The notes beneath the pieces were generated by a model. It saw only the letters and a list, made by a program, of their open reading frames with translations. It had not been told where the DNA came from and made no database searches. A DNA stretch of 64,000 nt, taken from assembly GCA_943369665.1 (NCBI GenBank), contig CALRNX020000003.1, positions 6,907 through 70,906 of the forward strand, in the 5' to 3' direction. Shown one piece after another: positions 19,203 to 29,757 of this stretch (its first letter is position 1; every line of letters begins with the position of its first letter). Origin of the DNA: Chitinophaga pinensis (GTDB taxonomy: Bacteria; Bacteroidota; Bacteroidia; UKL13-3). A program made the translations under genes and the position numbers.

Positions 19203-19308
19203 TAGAGGTTTAAGCAACCTCTTTGGTTGATTCTTTAGGAAATTTTAACATGGAACAAACTTTTTTTAAATTACTTTCGTTCTTTATTTAAAAATAACTA
19301 ATCGAACT

Positions 19309-19776
19309 ATGAAGAAATTGAGTTTAATATTATTGGTAGCTACTTTTTGCATTAGCACTTCAATGAAAACGGCTGACGAAGTAAGTTGGGTAGGATTTGA
19401 AGAGGGATATAAATTGGCGAAAAAATCAGGTAAAATTATGCTTGTGGATGTATATACTGATTGGTGCGGATGGTGCAAACGTATGGACAGGGACACATAT
19501 GCTAAACCTGAAATTGCAGCACTGATCAAGGACGATTACATAGCCATTAAATTTAATCCAGAGGTGAATGCAACCTATACGTTCGAGGGTAAAACATATA
19601 CAGGAGGCGAATTGGCAGGTGTATTAAGCCAAAATAAACTTACAGGTTACCCCACCACAATATTTTACTATCCTAAAGATAAAAAGACAAACGTAGTAGG
19701 CGGTTATTTTGATGCATCAAGGTTTCAAGGGGTACTTGCCCAGGTGAAAAACGATTTTAAACCGGCAAAAAAGTAA
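19309..19776 (+). CDS. Exported thioredoxin-fold protein (CxxC)
   Basis: Signal peptide MKKLSLILLVATFCISTSM. Thioredoxin-like VDVYTDWCGWCKRMD active-site motif. Confidence 0.8.
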   Translation: MKKLSLILLVATFCISTSMKTADEVSWVGFEEGYKLAKKSGKIMLVDVYTDWCGWCKRMDRDTYAKPEIAALIKDDYIAIKFNPEVNATYTFEGKTYTGGELAGVLSQNKLTGYPTTIFYYPKDKKTNVVGGYFDASRFQGVLAQVKNDFKPAKK

Positions 19777-20709
19777 TTATTGCTGCTGTTGCATTTCCTG
19801 TTCGGCAATTGATGTAAGTTCACTCAAATGAATATGTGTTGAAGTTGGGTTGCTTTCAAATTCATTTTCATACTGAACAGAAACCCTCACTTCCAACTGG
19901 TGTTCTGCCCCGCCTCTATAGGTGCCTTTAACGGGTGAGCAATCACTAAAATTTCTTCCAACTGCTAAACGAACATGTTTATCGTTGGCAATACAATTAT
20001 TCGTAGGATCAAATCCAAGCCATCCATAAAACGGTAAATAAGCTTCTACCCAAGCATGTGTTGCCCCATCTCCCCGCATACCGGTATTATTGGGACAAAT
20101 ATATCCGCTAACATAACGTGCCGGGATATTCACCATGCGCAACAATGCCAGCATAAGATGGGCAAAATCCTGGCAAACTCCCTGTTTCATTTGCCATATT
20201 TCATCGAGGGTAGTTTCCACGGTTGTGACCCCTTTTATATAAGTGCATTGTTCAAATACCTGGGTACAAAAAAAACGTGCAACCTGGTATGGATTGTATT
20301 GTGTCGGGTTGCGGGCATCAATCATTTGTTGTAATGACGTTCTGCTATCAAACGATTCAATTTTTAAGTAGTCGGCATATGGAAGGATGGCTGCCATTTT
20401 ATACAATTCCTTCCATTGTTCTTCGGTGCTTTCTGTGATATTGGGTTTGTGACGAGGTGTCGTGTTTACCGTAATATGTGAATCAATTAACAATTCGTGA
20501 TGAGGTTCTATAATGGTAAAAGTGCCAATTCTGTTTCCGAAATAATCTTTATGGGTTGAAATTACAGGATCACCACTAATGGTTAAAGCATGCTGCACCA
20601 CTTGTTGCCATTCATCCTGCATTGGGTAAAGGATGATTTGATTGGCACTGTAGCTGGCTGCAGTAACATAGGAATAGCGGGTTGTATGGTTAATTTGAAA
20701 AGTTGGCAT
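19777..20709 (-). CDS. Transglutaminase-like cysteine protease-fold protein
   Basis: N-terminal bacterial transglutaminase-like region. Core triad contexts GVCQDFAHL (Cys), THAWVEAY (His) and FDPTN (Asp). Confidence 0.88.
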   Translation of the reverse strand: MPTFQINHTTRYSYVTAASYSANQIILYPMQDEWQQVVQHALTISGDPVISTHKDYFGNRIGTFTIIEPHHELLIDSHITVNTTPRHKPNITESTEEQWKELYKMAAILPYADYLKIESFDSRTSLQQMIDARNPTQYNPYQVARFFCTQVFEQCTYIKGVTTVETTLDEIWQMKQGVCQDFAHLMLALLRMVNIPARYVSGYICPNNTGMRGDGATHAWVEAYLPFYGWLGFDPTNNCIANDKHVRLAVGRNFSDCSPVKGTYRGGAEHQLEVRVSVQYENEFESNPTSTHIHLSELTSIAEQEMQQQQ

Positions 20710-21651
20710 CTAGTAATAATTAAAATAGTAAGTGTTCAATGCATTGCTAATACCTAATAAATTACTGCGGGTATTGTGCAGAAAATCTTTGAATTCCGTT
20801 TGCGAAAAAGCTTCCACATTGGTGTAACGAATGGTGCTGCGCAGCTTACCGATTAAAAATTCAATTTCACGATAGCTGTCCAAATTTCTGTCGCTTCTTA
20901 TTTTTTCGAAATTACGTGTAAGCTGCACAACTGAATACAAAATGGCCCTTGGGAAATCGGTATTTAAGATCATCATTTCGGCTACATGTTTCCCATTCAA
21001 CCCTTCACGATAGGTTTTTACATAAAGCTCATAGCCGGAGGCCGACATCAACAAGTATTTCCAATAGGGTGTTTCGGTTTGGGCGTTCATATCGTATGCC
21101 AATGCACTGTATTTGCTCTCCAAAAGATCTACTGTTTGCAGGGAGCGTTCTAAGGCCTTGCCGATATTCATAAAACTCCAACCTTCACTCCGAGGCATGG
21201 TGATATCACATGTTCCGTAATACAATAATCCGTTCTTGAGCAATTCATCCAACAACTGAATGGATTGTTCATTGTTGATCATTTCGGTGACTTGTTCGCT
21301 CCGGATACTGTGGTAAAAATCGTTGATACACCCCCATACTTCCAATGTAATATGATCTTGCACCCCGCGTGCATTTTCGCGGGCATTGCGTATGACGTTA
21401 AACAACGAATTGGAATTGTTGCGGTCGGTGATCATATAATGCATTACCTGTTTACTGTCGTTTTGCAATACATCAATTTCGGATTGACTTAAGTTTCCAA
21501 ACAATTGCAATACGGGTTTCCAGCTAAAATCATCTCCACTGTTTTTGTCGAGCGAGGCGTTATAGTTAATTTTGAGCATGCGCATAATTCCATCGGCACG
21601 CTCAATATAACGTGCCATCCAGAAAAGAGAGTCGGCAATTCTTGCTAGCAT
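20710..21651 (-). CDS. Alpha-E domain protein (DUF403 family)
   Basis: 313-aa all-helical protein starting MLARIADSLFWMARYIERA, the characteristic alpha-E N-terminus. Abuts the transglutaminase gene with zero gap. Confidence 0.85.
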   Translation of the reverse strand: MLARIADSLFWMARYIERADGIMRMLKINYNASLDKNSGDDFSWKPVLQLFGNLSQSEIDVLQNDSKQVMHYMITDRNNSNSLFNVIRNARENARGVQDHITLEVWGCINDFYHSIRSEQVTEMINNEQSIQLLDELLKNGLLYYGTCDITMPRSEGWSFMNIGKALERSLQTVDLLESKYSALAYDMNAQTETPYWKYLLMSASGYELYVKTYREGLNGKHVAEMMILNTDFPRAILYSVVQLTRNFEKIRSDRNLDSYREIEFLIGKLRSTIRYTNVEAFSQTEFKDFLHNTRSNLLGISNALNTYYFNYY

Positions 21652-21731
21652 TGTGTGTTGAATGTGTTAATTGTGTTGTTCATATTAATTGACTCTAAGG
21701 TTCGTGACAAACGTTGAGAATCCGAATGCGT

Positions 21732-23174
21732 TTATTCTTCCAGCACCCAAGTATCTTTACTGCCTCCTCCTTGCGATGAGTTTACAACGAGCGATCCTTC
21801 GCGCAAAGCGACACGTGTAAGTCCTCCCGGAACAATTTCGATTCCGCTTGGCCCACAGAGAGCATAAGGCCTGAGGTCAACCCTGCGGGGCTGCAACTTA
21901 CCATCGATATAACAAGGAGCTGATGATAGATTGATAATGGGTTGCGCAATAAAATTACGAGGGTTCTTGTGTATCTCTTTTACATATTCTTCAATTTCTT
22001 TTTCGGTTGCTGCGTGTCCCATAAGCATTCCATATCCACCCGATTCATTGGTTTTTTTGATCACCATTGTCGAAACATTTTTCAGTACATATTCCAATTC
22101 ATCTTCCTTGCCCAATTGATACGTTGGTACATTCTTCAGAATAGGTTCTTGGTTGAGGTAATATTTTATCATGGCAGGCACAAAGGCATAAATGGCTTTA
22201 TCATCGGCTACCCCATTACCCACAGCATTTACAATGGCTACATGGCCTTTGCGATATGCCGACATCAGACCGGGGACTCCCAACATGCTATCATTTCTGA
22301 ACACCAATGGATCCAAATATTCATCATCCACCCTGCGGTAAATAACATCTACCTGCTTGAGTCCGGTGGTGGTTTTCATGTATACATGATGATTGTTTAC
22401 CACCAGGTCCCTGCCTTCAACCATTTCAATTCCCATGAAACGGGCAAGGAAGGTATGCTCGAAATACGCAGAGTTGTAAATACCCGGAGTGAGCAATACA
22501 ATATTGGGTTTGGGAATATTGCGGGGAGAAAGGGAAACGAGGTTTTGATGTAAAATATTGGTATAGTCGGTTACGCTGCGCACCTTGTTTTGTGTAAGCA
22601 ATTCAGGGAAGATCCGTTTGGTTATTTCCCTGTTTTCAATCATGTAACTTACTCCAGAAGGGGTACGCAGGTTGTCTTCCAGTATGTAAAAATCACCATC
22701 TTCGCCTCTTATCAGATCGATACCTGCAATATGTACATACAAATTATGGGGGAGATTAACGTTAATCATTTCGCGCAGAAAATGCGGACATGAATAGATC
22801 ATATCGGCCGGAATGATTCCATCTTTGATGATTTGTTGCTGGTGGTAAATATCCTTTAAAAATAAGTTGAGCGCAGTTAATCGCTGTTTGATGCCTTGCT
22901 CAATAAGCTCCCATTCCTTAGCTGTAATGATGCGGGGGATAATGTCAAAAGGAAAGATCTTTTCGATGCCTTCATTGCTCGAATACACCGTAAAGGTAAT
23001 TCCCTGGCTCATAAATAATTTTTTAGCCAGTTCTTCTTTGCCATTCAAGATTGGTTCGGGAATGGATTTAATGTATTCGTAAATGCCCTTGTATTGTTCT
23101 CTGATGGAGGATCCTGAGTACATTTCGTCCCACAAATTGGGAGCAACTTTATAGCTGTTAAAAATCTCACTCAT
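21732..23174 (-). CDS. Circularly permuted type-2 ATP-grasp protein
   Basis: 480 aa. Sequence typical of the DUF404/DUF407 ATP-grasp family (GIDLIRGEDGDFYILEDNLRTPSGVSY; VIKKTNESGGYGM). First gene of the conserved trio. Confidence 0.88.
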   Translation of the reverse strand: MSEIFNSYKVAPNLWDEMYSGSSIREQYKGIYEYIKSIPEPILNGKEELAKKLFMSQGITFTVYSSNEGIEKIFPFDIIPRIITAKEWELIEQGIKQRLTALNLFLKDIYHQQQIIKDGIIPADMIYSCPHFLREMINVNLPHNLYVHIAGIDLIRGEDGDFYILEDNLRTPSGVSYMIENREITKRIFPELLTQNKVRSVTDYTNILHQNLVSLSPRNIPKPNIVLLTPGIYNSAYFEHTFLARFMGIEMVEGRDLVVNNHHVYMKTTTGLKQVDVIYRRVDDEYLDPLVFRNDSMLGVPGLMSAYRKGHVAIVNAVGNGVADDKAIYAFVPAMIKYYLNQEPILKNVPTYQLGKEDELEYVLKNVSTMVIKKTNESGGYGMLMGHAATEKEIEEYVKEIHKNPRNFIAQPIINLSSAPCYIDGKLQPRRVDLRPYALCGPSGIEIVPGGLTRVALREGSLVVNSSQGGGSKDTWVLEE

Positions 23175-23334
23175 ACCTGATACGGTTTGCTATTAATGCC
23201 ACAGGTAAATAACGAAAAATAATTAGCAATTAAAAATGTAGTTTTGAGCCGTGGTTGATGTGTTAATTGGTTAATTATGTTACTGTGGGCTATCAACTAT
23301 TAAACTATTGACTTTTTTCAAAAAGAACAGACAA

Positions 23335-24165
23335 ATGATTTACCTAGGACAAAAAAATACATTAAGCATTTTGCGCTCAAGTGCGGTGGGTTTATACCTT
23401 ACAGATGATGAACAAAATGACGTGTTATTGCCCAATAAGTTTACAACCCCTGAGCAAAAAATAGGGGACAAGATAGAGGTTTTTGTGTACACGGACTCGG
23501 AAGACAGGCCCGTTGCGACAACCCAAGAACCGCTCATCCAGCTCAATCAGTTTGCAGCGTTGCGTGTGGTTGATATTGCACCCTTTGGAGCGTTTATGGA
23601 TTGGGGGTTGGATAAAGATCTGCTGGTACCTGCCAAACAACAAGCTGTGCCTATGCACAAAGGAGAAATACATGTGGTGTATTTATACCTGGATGAGGAA
23701 ACAGACAGGCTGGCGGCTTCATCAAAGCTCAATCGTTTTTTTGTAAATGAACACCTTGACCTAAAAGTGGGAGAGGAAGTAGATATCCTCATATTTGAAG
23801 ATCATTTTTTAGGGTATTTTGCAGTAATCAATGATGCATACAAAGGCTTAATATACAAAGATGAAGTGTTTCGTGATTTGGAAGTTGGAGAAAGAATGAA
23901 AGCCTGGGTGAAAAAAATTAAGCCTACGAAAGAGGTTGACCTGAGCATTCAAAAAATAGGTTTCGCACGTTTTGAAGACCTGAAAGATATTTTGTACGAT
24001 TACCTTAAAGCCAATAATGGTTTTATAGCACTTACCGATGATAGCACACCCGATGAAATTGCGGATGCATTGCATATCAGCAAAAAAGCATTTAAAAAGT
24101 CACTTGGAATGCTTTACAAAAAGCGTTTGGTAAGGATAGAGAAAGACGGTGTTTATTTAGTATGA
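23335..24165 (+). CDS. S1 RNA-binding-domain protein, CvfB/YitL-like
   Basis: Trimmed from TTG 23308 to the ATG at 23335 (MIYLGQKNTLSI). Repeated S1-like modules and a C-terminal winged-helix-like tail (KKAFKKSLGMLYKKRLV). Confidence 0.75.
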   Translation: MIYLGQKNTLSILRSSAVGLYLTDDEQNDVLLPNKFTTPEQKIGDKIEVFVYTDSEDRPVATTQEPLIQLNQFAALRVVDIAPFGAFMDWGLDKDLLVPAKQQAVPMHKGEIHVVYLYLDEETDRLAASSKLNRFFVNEHLDLKVGEEVDILIFEDHFLGYFAVINDAYKGLIYKDEVFRDLEVGERMKAWVKKIKPTKEVDLSIQKIGFARFEDLKDILYDYLKANNGFIALTDDSTPDEIADALHISKKAFKKSLGMLYKKRLVRIEKDGVYLV

Positions 24166-24227
24166 TTTTATTATCCGGCTCGTAGGTTGAAGCAAAAATT
24201 AGTCTATTGGGTAAACTAACAATTTCG

Positions 24228-24620
24228 TTAGTTTTCTGATGTTTTGTTTTTCAATATGATCCCAATGAGAATTGCGGAGATAAGTGTCAATATGGCAAAC
24301 GATTTTTCAAAATTTGTTTTTGCAAAAACATTTCCAACTGTATTTAGTACAAACAAGACAAGAAAGATCCAAAGTATCGTATTTATTAAAGGTTGTTGGA
24401 AATAAGGTTTAATGTATTGCCCTTTCATTAACAACACAAACGCTAAAAACAGATTGATAACAATTGAAATGCCTTCAAAAACATACATTTCCTGCGCGGA
24501 TTTTAACCTTCCTCCCCAAGCGATATTGTAAGGAATTATTTTAACGGTTATACATAAATGAAATATAATCACTGCTAAAAGTAGCCCTAACATCATTTTT
24601 GTAACGAATCTATTTTTCAT
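24228..24620 (-). CDS. Integral membrane protein (130 aa, about 4 TM), unknown function
   Basis: Four hydrophobic helices. No motif recognised. Confidence 0.55.
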   Translation of the reverse strand: MKNRFVTKMMLGLLLAVIIFHLCITVKIIPYNIAWGGRLKSAQEMYVFEGISIVINLFLAFVLLMKGQYIKPYFQQPLINTILWIFLVLFVLNTVGNVFAKTNFEKSFAILTLISAILIGIILKNKTSEN

Positions 24621-24721
24621 CTTTAAAATTTATGATGCATGGTGTTAATGCCATCATTAGAAATTGGAAAAAAATATTGAAGATTGTGTTAGCATTTATT
24701 AATTATGCAACAATATGAATA

Positions 24722-25276
24722 TTACATTCTCGGTCTCCAGGGCGTTTCAATGGCACCAGCATCATGAACGATCTTACGAGAAAGCATAAATAAATAATCA
24801 CTCAATCGGTTTAGATACGTAACGATAATTTGGGGGACTTCGCTTTCTGTTTGCAGATGCACGGTTAATCTTTCGGCTCTCCGGCAAACGCAACGGGCTA
24901 CATGACAATAGGATGCCGGAATGTTTCCTCCGGGCAATACAAAGCTCTTCAGTTCAGGTAATGTGTTATCCATTGTATCCATTTCTGTTTCCAATAAGGT
25001 TACATCTTCCTCATGCAGATCCGGAATTTTCATTTTTGATTTATCGGGGTCGCTGGCCAGCACCGAACCAACCGTAAATAAGCGATCTTGAATTTCGTAT
25101 AACACATTTCTTACATGTTCATCGGTAATACTTTCCTTTACCAACCCAATATAAGAGTTGAGTTCGTCAACTGTTCCATAACTCTCAATACGCAGATGGT
25201 ATTTAGGAACCCGGGTTCCACCAATTAATGATGTTTGTCCTTTGTCGCCTGTTTTGGTGTATATCTTGAATGTCAT
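24722..25276 (-). CDS. Cob(I)alamin adenosyltransferase, PduO type
   Basis: MTFKIYTKTGDKGQTSLIGG N-terminus and helical bundle length (184 aa) are typical of PduO/MMAB-type ATP:corrinoid adenosyltransferases. Confidence 0.88.
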   Translation of the reverse strand: MTFKIYTKTGDKGQTSLIGGTRVPKYHLRIESYGTVDELNSYIGLVKESITDEHVRNVLYEIQDRLFTVGSVLASDPDKSKMKIPDLHEEDVTLLETEMDTMDNTLPELKSFVLPGGNIPASYCHVARCVCRRAERLTVHLQTESEVPQIIVTYLNRLSDYLFMLSRKIVHDAGAIETPWRPRM

Positions 25277-25363
25277 GTTTTAAATGGTTGAAGTTTGTTG
25301 TTTGACGTTGTTTTGTTCTTAGTATTTGTTGGCCGTTTATCAAAATATGGACTATCGACTAAA

Positions 25364-26536
25364 CTAGTAGAACAAACTTGGTATTTTCTTTTTAATAAAC
25401 GGAATATTTCCAAAACTGATCAGGGCATTGATCAGCCATACCCTGTCTCCTAATAACCGCTGGAGGTAATAATGGTTTTTAAAATTATCACCCATTTTTT
25501 TATAAACACGTTTGTCGTAGGCTTTAAGGGTTGTAGCGCTAAAATCATCGGTAGAGAACGATTGCATGATTTGTTCGGCCGCAAATTTCCCACTTTCCAT
25601 GGCCGTTTCAATACCTTCTCCGCTGAAGGGATCAATCAGTGAGGCAGCATCTCCACACAACATAAAACGGTTTCCGGATATATTGTATTGTTTTGATCCA
25701 AGGGGTAACCCGAAACCTTTTACATCATCTAATGCTTCTGCATTTTTAAAACGTTCGGCTACTTCCGGAATATCGTTGATGATCTGGTGCATGCATTTTT
25801 TGAGGTCAATTTTTTGGTCGGCAATGGTCGAAGAGAGCATTCCGAATCCAACATTTGCCTCATTATTGGATAAAGGGAAGATCCAAAAATACCCGGGTAA
25901 AAACCCTTTTAAAAAATATACTTCCAATGCGTTGCCTTCAAGCCCTTTAATATTGCGGTAGTATTGCCTGATGGCTCCCGAATAATGTTTGCGGTCAACT
26001 TTAAATCCTGCTAGTTTTTTGGCAGCAATGGAATGTGCTCCATCACATCCTACCAATACGTTTGCCGTAAACTGCTCACCGGTATCGGTGGTAACCGTAA
26101 CGGATGATGAAGTTGTTGTTGCATCTTTTAGCGAAGTGTTTTGCAGCACTTTTAATGTTGGATTTGTACAAGCTTTGTTAAATAACCAATTATCAAAATC
26201 CATTCTACGGATACAATGTCCTACAAGAGGGAAGCCTATTTGCAACGATTCAAATTTAGGACTGTATAATTTTGCTTCCGTGATATATGCTTTGGGAGGA
26301 AATGCCATTAGCTCTTTTTCATACTCAGGGTCGAGTTGGCGTAACACACGTTTGGCTGTTGAGCTTACCGCATCACCACAAATTTTGTCGCGTGGAAATG
26401 TTTCTTTTTCCAGCATTAATACCCGTAGACCACTATTCTTAAGTGTAAGCGCACAAGTACTTCCTCCAGGTCCACCACCGGCTATGATCACATCATAATG
26501 GGCGGGAGCGTTTGATGTCTGGGGTTTGTCGTTCAA
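25364..26536 (-). CDS. Geranylgeranyl reductase-family FAD-dependent oxidoreductase
   Basis: Dinucleotide-binding YDVIIAGGGPGGSTCAL. GCDGAHS and LCGDAASLIDPFSGEGI motifs are typical of this family. Confidence 0.85.
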   Translation of the reverse strand: MNDKPQTSNAPAHYDVIIAGGGPGGSTCALTLKNSGLRVLMLEKETFPRDKICGDAVSSTAKRVLRQLDPEYEKELMAFPPKAYITEAKLYSPKFESLQIGFPLVGHCIRRMDFDNWLFNKACTNPTLKVLQNTSLKDATTTSSSVTVTTDTGEQFTANVLVGCDGAHSIAAKKLAGFKVDRKHYSGAIRQYYRNIKGLEGNALEVYFLKGFLPGYFWIFPLSNNEANVGFGMLSSTIADQKIDLKKCMHQIINDIPEVAERFKNAEALDDVKGFGLPLGSKQYNISGNRFMLCGDAASLIDPFSGEGIETAMESGKFAAEQIMQSFSTDDFSATTLKAYDKRVYKKMGDNFKNHYYLQRLLGDRVWLINALISFGNIPFIKKKIPSLFY

Positions 26537-26593
26537 TGTTTGATGTTCGATGATTCGTTGAATTTAAAACGTTTGAAGATTTACACTTAGTGA

Positions 26594-27874
26594 TTACAAT
26601 TCGGCTCGTTTGTTTAATGTGGCCAATGCTGCTTCTAGTTTTGAGAGCATTTGTGGAACATCAGTTTCTTTTAAGGTACCCACAGAAATACGATACCAGT
26701 CTGTTCCTTTGGCTACGCCAAATGCAGTAAAAGGAACAACTGCTAATTGTGCATGGTTCAATAAAAATGCAGTAATGTCTTCCGTTGTTTCTATTGTTTT
26801 TCCATCAGGTTGTATGTATCCTTTTAAAGCAAATTGTGCGGTAAGGTAAATGGCACCTTCGGGAGCAATTATTTTTACAGGGTATCCTTTTTGGTTGAGC
26901 GCTTCTACACCATTATAAATTCCTTCAAAGCGAACGGTTACTTTTTGTTTGAGGTTGGCTATATAATTTGAAAGGGCACTTGTGTTTTGCAAAAAATTAC
27001 CAACAGCCACCTGTTCTGCTTTTGGAGCCCAGGCACCGATATGCCCAAGAATTGCTTTCATTTTTCCGATAACATAAGCCGGGCCAAAACTCCATCCAAC
27101 ACGCACCCCAGTTGCTGCCAGAGATTTTGAGATGCCATCCACAAAAATGGTATAATCCTTCATGGCAGGAACCAAATTCACCGGGTCAACATGGTCAATT
27201 CCTTTCATGGTAAGCATCCAGTAAATTTGATCGTATAAAACGTATAAAGGTTTTTGGTTAGTGGTTTTTCTTCTGTCGTTTTCGGCAATCACCATTTCGC
27301 AAACAGGCAGTAGTTGTTCTTTCCGGAACATGGTTCCTGTTGGGTTCAGCGGAGAACATAATGCAATTATGGTCGCATCTTTTATCAATGGTTTTAACTC
27401 CTCGGCAGTTGGCAAAAATCCATTTTCAGGTAAAGTTTCAATCTCTATTTTTTGTGCATCACTCAAATGGCAATAGTGATTGTTGTTCCATGATGGGACA
27501 GGATAAATCACTTTATCGTCTTTATCGAGGAGGGTTTGGTAAATTGCGTAGATCAACGGACGACCTCCGCCAGCCACCAAATACTCATCCACAGCATAAT
27601 TCAATCCTTGCTGTGATTTGATAAAATGGGCGATAGCAGTGCGCAACTCCAGCATACCATCAGCAGGAGGATAGTTGGTTTGGTTTTGCGTGTAGGCATC
27701 AATAATGTATTGCTTCAGTTCACCCGGAATCGAAAATAAGTTCGGATCAAAATCACCAATTGTTAAATTGTAAATGGTTTGTCCTTCTTTGATTTTTTGG
27801 TTTACCTCACCCGCAAGTTTGATAATTTCAGAACCAACTAAATGTTCTGCTTTTTGTGATACTAAATTTGCCAT
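26594..27874 (-). CDS. Class I/II PLP-dependent aminotransferase
   Basis: 426 aa. PLP-lysine context VDGISKSLAATGVRVGW. Confidence 0.85.
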   Translation of the reverse strand: MANLVSQKAEHLVGSEIIKLAGEVNQKIKEGQTIYNLTIGDFDPNLFSIPGELKQYIIDAYTQNQTNYPPADGMLELRTAIAHFIKSQQGLNYAVDEYLVAGGGRPLIYAIYQTLLDKDDKVIYPVPSWNNNHYCHLSDAQKIEIETLPENGFLPTAEELKPLIKDATIIALCSPLNPTGTMFRKEQLLPVCEMVIAENDRRKTTNQKPLYVLYDQIYWMLTMKGIDHVDPVNLVPAMKDYTIFVDGISKSLAATGVRVGWSFGPAYVIGKMKAILGHIGAWAPKAEQVAVGNFLQNTSALSNYIANLKQKVTVRFEGIYNGVEALNQKGYPVKIIAPEGAIYLTAQFALKGYIQPDGKTIETTEDITAFLLNHAQLAVVPFTAFGVAKGTDWYRISVGTLKETDVPQMLSKLEAALATLNKRAEL

Positions 27875-27988
27875 GTTTCGAAAGTAAAGGTTTAATACAA
27901 AATGAAGAAACCAACACAGGAAATGTTTTCAAGAAAATAGTCACAGAAAGGGAGAGGAGTGGATTAGGCTTTGTTCAATCACCATCTT

Positions 27989-29305
27989 TCAGGGCTTTAC
28001 AAACTTTCTTTTGAAAAGAAGTCCCTTGTTTTCAATTGAAAGAAAATAAACACCACTGGAGAGTGTTGTTATGTCAATTGACGATTGATTGTTGTTTGTG
28101 AGTATAGTCTCCCCCAATGTATTTGATATGGTAGTTGAGTAATCACCATTAAAAGTGTATGCGATAAAGAGTTGATCAGAGGCTGGGTTTGGATAAACGC
28201 CAAGTGTAAACTCGTTGTTTGATTCATCAATAGCTGTGGTATTCGTACATATAACCTTATTGAGGTTAAGCCATATCTGGTCACAGAATTCTGTTGGCAC
28301 CTCAATTGCACTTCCGGGAGGATCGCCCATTCTAACCACCACCAAACCTTTGCTTTTGGCAATACTTACAATTTGTCCGTTTTTACCAATGCCGGCAAAC
28401 ATATCCGTTGGTGCATTTGGCGCATAACTACCCGGAATAACCAATTGCAAGGTTGGAACCATGTATGAAGGTTTCCCATTGAGCCACCATAAATACCCGT
28501 AAGACAGATTGTAGTTTTGTGAAGTGTTCACCATTTGATTTTTGTAAATGGTATCATACAACAAGGTATCGGTGTTCCAAATGAAATTGTTTTGTGCAAG
28601 CAAACCATAACGGGCCATGCTGCGAGGTGTACTGTAATATACGTTGTCGTCATTGGTTTTTAACCAGATACCATTCATTCCTGTCGGGGTTTTTACTTTT
28701 GAAGTGGTAAACGCATTCAGTGTTTGCGAAGTAGCCGTTGTTAATACGCCATCCAGTAAAGTGTAAGGAGCATTGTGGTATGCCCAACGGGTTCCTGCAT
28801 TGGCTTTGTATAGCAGGCAGGAAGGATCTGTACAGTGGTTGTCGGGTACTCCATCATCCAATCCGCTGGTCATTGTAATTTGGTGGCGAACGGTAATGTT
28901 TTTTTCTTGCTGTGGTGTACAGTTTGTCCAACCCACACCTAGATATTTTGATGAACTATCGCTTATCGATAAATATCCTTCTTCCTGTGCCTTGCCTACC
29001 AGGAATGACGTGAGTGATTTACCGGCTGATGCCCAGTACCAATTACTGTCTTTGGTGAACGTATCAAAATATTTTTCCAATACGATCTTACCGTCTTTTA
29101 ACACAATGAATGCTTTGGAATTGTTGGTTTCCAGAAAATCGTAAAGCGAATCAATTTTATCGGTACACCAGCCCAATGATTCCGGAGATGTTGTTTCCCA
29201 GGTTGCGGTATTGCTTAACGGGGGAAAGTATAATTGTTGAGCCTGTAGTTTTGTAACTAAAGTTATTAAGATCAAAGATCCGATATGTTTGAATAAACGA
29301 TTCAT
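27989..29305 (-). CDS. Secreted serine hydrolase (beta-lactamase/transpeptidase fold) with T9SS C-terminal sorting domain
   Basis: Signal peptide. SxxK motif in WASAGKSLTSFLVG. The C-terminal roughly 80 aa (VYPNPASDQLFI...SGVYFLSIENKGLLFKRKFVKP) match the Por secretion tail pattern. Confidence 0.8.
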   Translation of the reverse strand: MNRLFKHIGSLILITLVTKLQAQQLYFPPLSNTATWETTSPESLGWCTDKIDSLYDFLETNNSKAFIVLKDGKIVLEKYFDTFTKDSNWYWASAGKSLTSFLVGKAQEEGYLSISDSSSKYLGVGWTNCTPQQEKNITVRHQITMTSGLDDGVPDNHCTDPSCLLYKANAGTRWAYHNAPYTLLDGVLTTATSQTLNAFTTSKVKTPTGMNGIWLKTNDDNVYYSTPRSMARYGLLAQNNFIWNTDTLLYDTIYKNQMVNTSQNYNLSYGYLWWLNGKPSYMVPTLQLVIPGSYAPNAPTDMFAGIGKNGQIVSIAKSKGLVVVRMGDPPGSAIEVPTEFCDQIWLNLNKVICTNTTAIDESNNEFTLGVYPNPASDQLFIAYTFNGDYSTTISNTLGETILTNNNQSSIDITTLSSGVYFLSIENKGLLFKRKFVKP

Positions 29306-29309
29306 TGCC

Positions 29310-29648
29310 TTATTCGGTTGGAGCGTTTCTTTTGGCGGTCAAAACATAATTTAATATGAGCTCTTGTTGAGCAGGTGTAATGAGTACTTCATTTTTATTC
29401 ACCTTGCGTGTCATGATGGGCACATTAATTTGCCACTGTTCTTCTGTTATCTCGGCAGGGGTGAATAATTTATGACAACCTCTGCAGTTTTGCTCATACA
29501 GTATTTTCCCTTCATTGAACTTTGCCATTTCCGGGGTCACAGGAGCAACAGCTACGCTGTCAATAGCGGGCTTGGTGGTGGCTGCATTTTTTTTCGAGGA
29601 ACATCCGATCAACGTAAAAGCAGAAACAAGGATTAAACAGTATTTCAT
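29310..29648 (-). CDS. Small c-type cytochrome lipoprotein
   Basis: Lipobox LIGCSS. Single heme-binding CxxCH (NCRGCHKLF). Confidence 0.75.
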   Translation of the reverse strand: MKYCLILVSAFTLIGCSSKKNAATTKPAIDSVAVAPVTPEMAKFNEGKILYEQNCRGCHKLFTPAEITEEQWQINVPIMTRKVNKNEVLITPAQQELILNYVLTAKRNAPTE

Positions 29649-29757
29649 TTGGTAAATATTATTGGATGAATGAACGCATCAAATATATTGGAAACGGGTG
29701 GTTATTTATGTTTGAATAATCTTTTACGTAAAATTAAGCAGGTGTTTAGCAATATTC

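Noticed and set aside
21942-22553. 203-aa plus-strand ORF antisense to the ATP-grasp gene
   Set aside because: It sits entirely within the well-supported minus-strand ATP-grasp CDS. Its product is Phe/Ile/His-rich with no recognisable domain. It is a shadow ORF.
25566-26498. 131-aa and 169-aa plus-strand ORFs antisense to the geranylgeranyl-reductase-family gene
   Set aside because: The opposite strand encodes a protein with clear FAD-binding motifs. These ORFs show Ser/Pro-rich shadow-frame composition.
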